A stretch of DNA of 64,000 nt from Haliotis rubra (taxonomy: Eukaryota). The notes below the pieces were generated by a model, which saw only the letters and a list, made by a program, of their open reading frames with translations, searched no databases and had not been told where the DNA came from. The position numbers were made by a program, and so were the translations under genes. The stretch spans positions 372,001 through 436,000 of the forward strand of contig NW_025767007.1 in NCBI RefSeq assembly GCF_003918875.1, in the 5' to 3' direction. Of the stretch, positions 63,641 to 64,000 are shown in pieces. Position 1 is the first letter of the stretch, and every line of letters starts with the position of its first letter.

Positions 63641-64000
63641 TGATTCTTATCATAAGCTCTCTATACTTAGGGGTTAAACTGACAAAAAGTTGCTTGAACA
63701 CACAATTCAACTTCACAGTCAAACAATTTGCATGACTGTCTGGCAGACCCTAAAGAATAAATTGAAAAGCAAATGCAACCTCAGCCTACCGTGATTTGGC
63801 AAGTCTAGACTACCTACGCTCTTGGCAGAAATTAAGCTTTGTTCAGCTCCATTTGAATGTTACTTATTATTGTGTGGATGTATATATCTTTAAACAAGGC
63901 AACTTTATTTTAGGGACTAAAGGTATGTCCACAAACCGGCTGATCCTACAACAACACTGATCCAAGTTCAGCCATCAATTATGCTTAGATATGTGGATAG

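Overview
AT-rich, repeat-dense animal genomic DNA. It is most likely a gastropod mollusc such as abalone, inferred from SINE types and not confirmed. No long ORF or complete gene is present. The window reads as intronic/5' region of a large gene transcribed on the minus strand: the + strand looks A/C-rich by eye, and a few short minus-strand candidate exons have good splice signals (best: 1453-1660 and 32428-32469). About 50 SINE copies dominate. Family A has a tRNA-Asp-like head. Family B has a non-tRNA head that can fold as a pseudoknot. A and B share a LINE-type 3' tail. There are also single longer tRNA-SINEs with conserved Meta-like and CORE-like domains. Other elements are many MITEs (TA, 3-, 5-, 6- and 8-bp TSDs, often nested), palindromic elements, Penelope-like hammerhead remnants, a 2A-like peptide remnant and several minisatellites. 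Almost all ORFs in the supplied track are by-products of these repeats. Most interesting observations: the covarying structured 5' end of SINE family B, U3-A8 variant hammerhead cores, a strong SINE orientation bias that may reflect splice-donor avoidance, a MITE insertion hotspot inside SINE A, a TIR amplified into a satellite, and a 2A-like ORF. All coordinates and counts were read by eye and may be off by a few bases.
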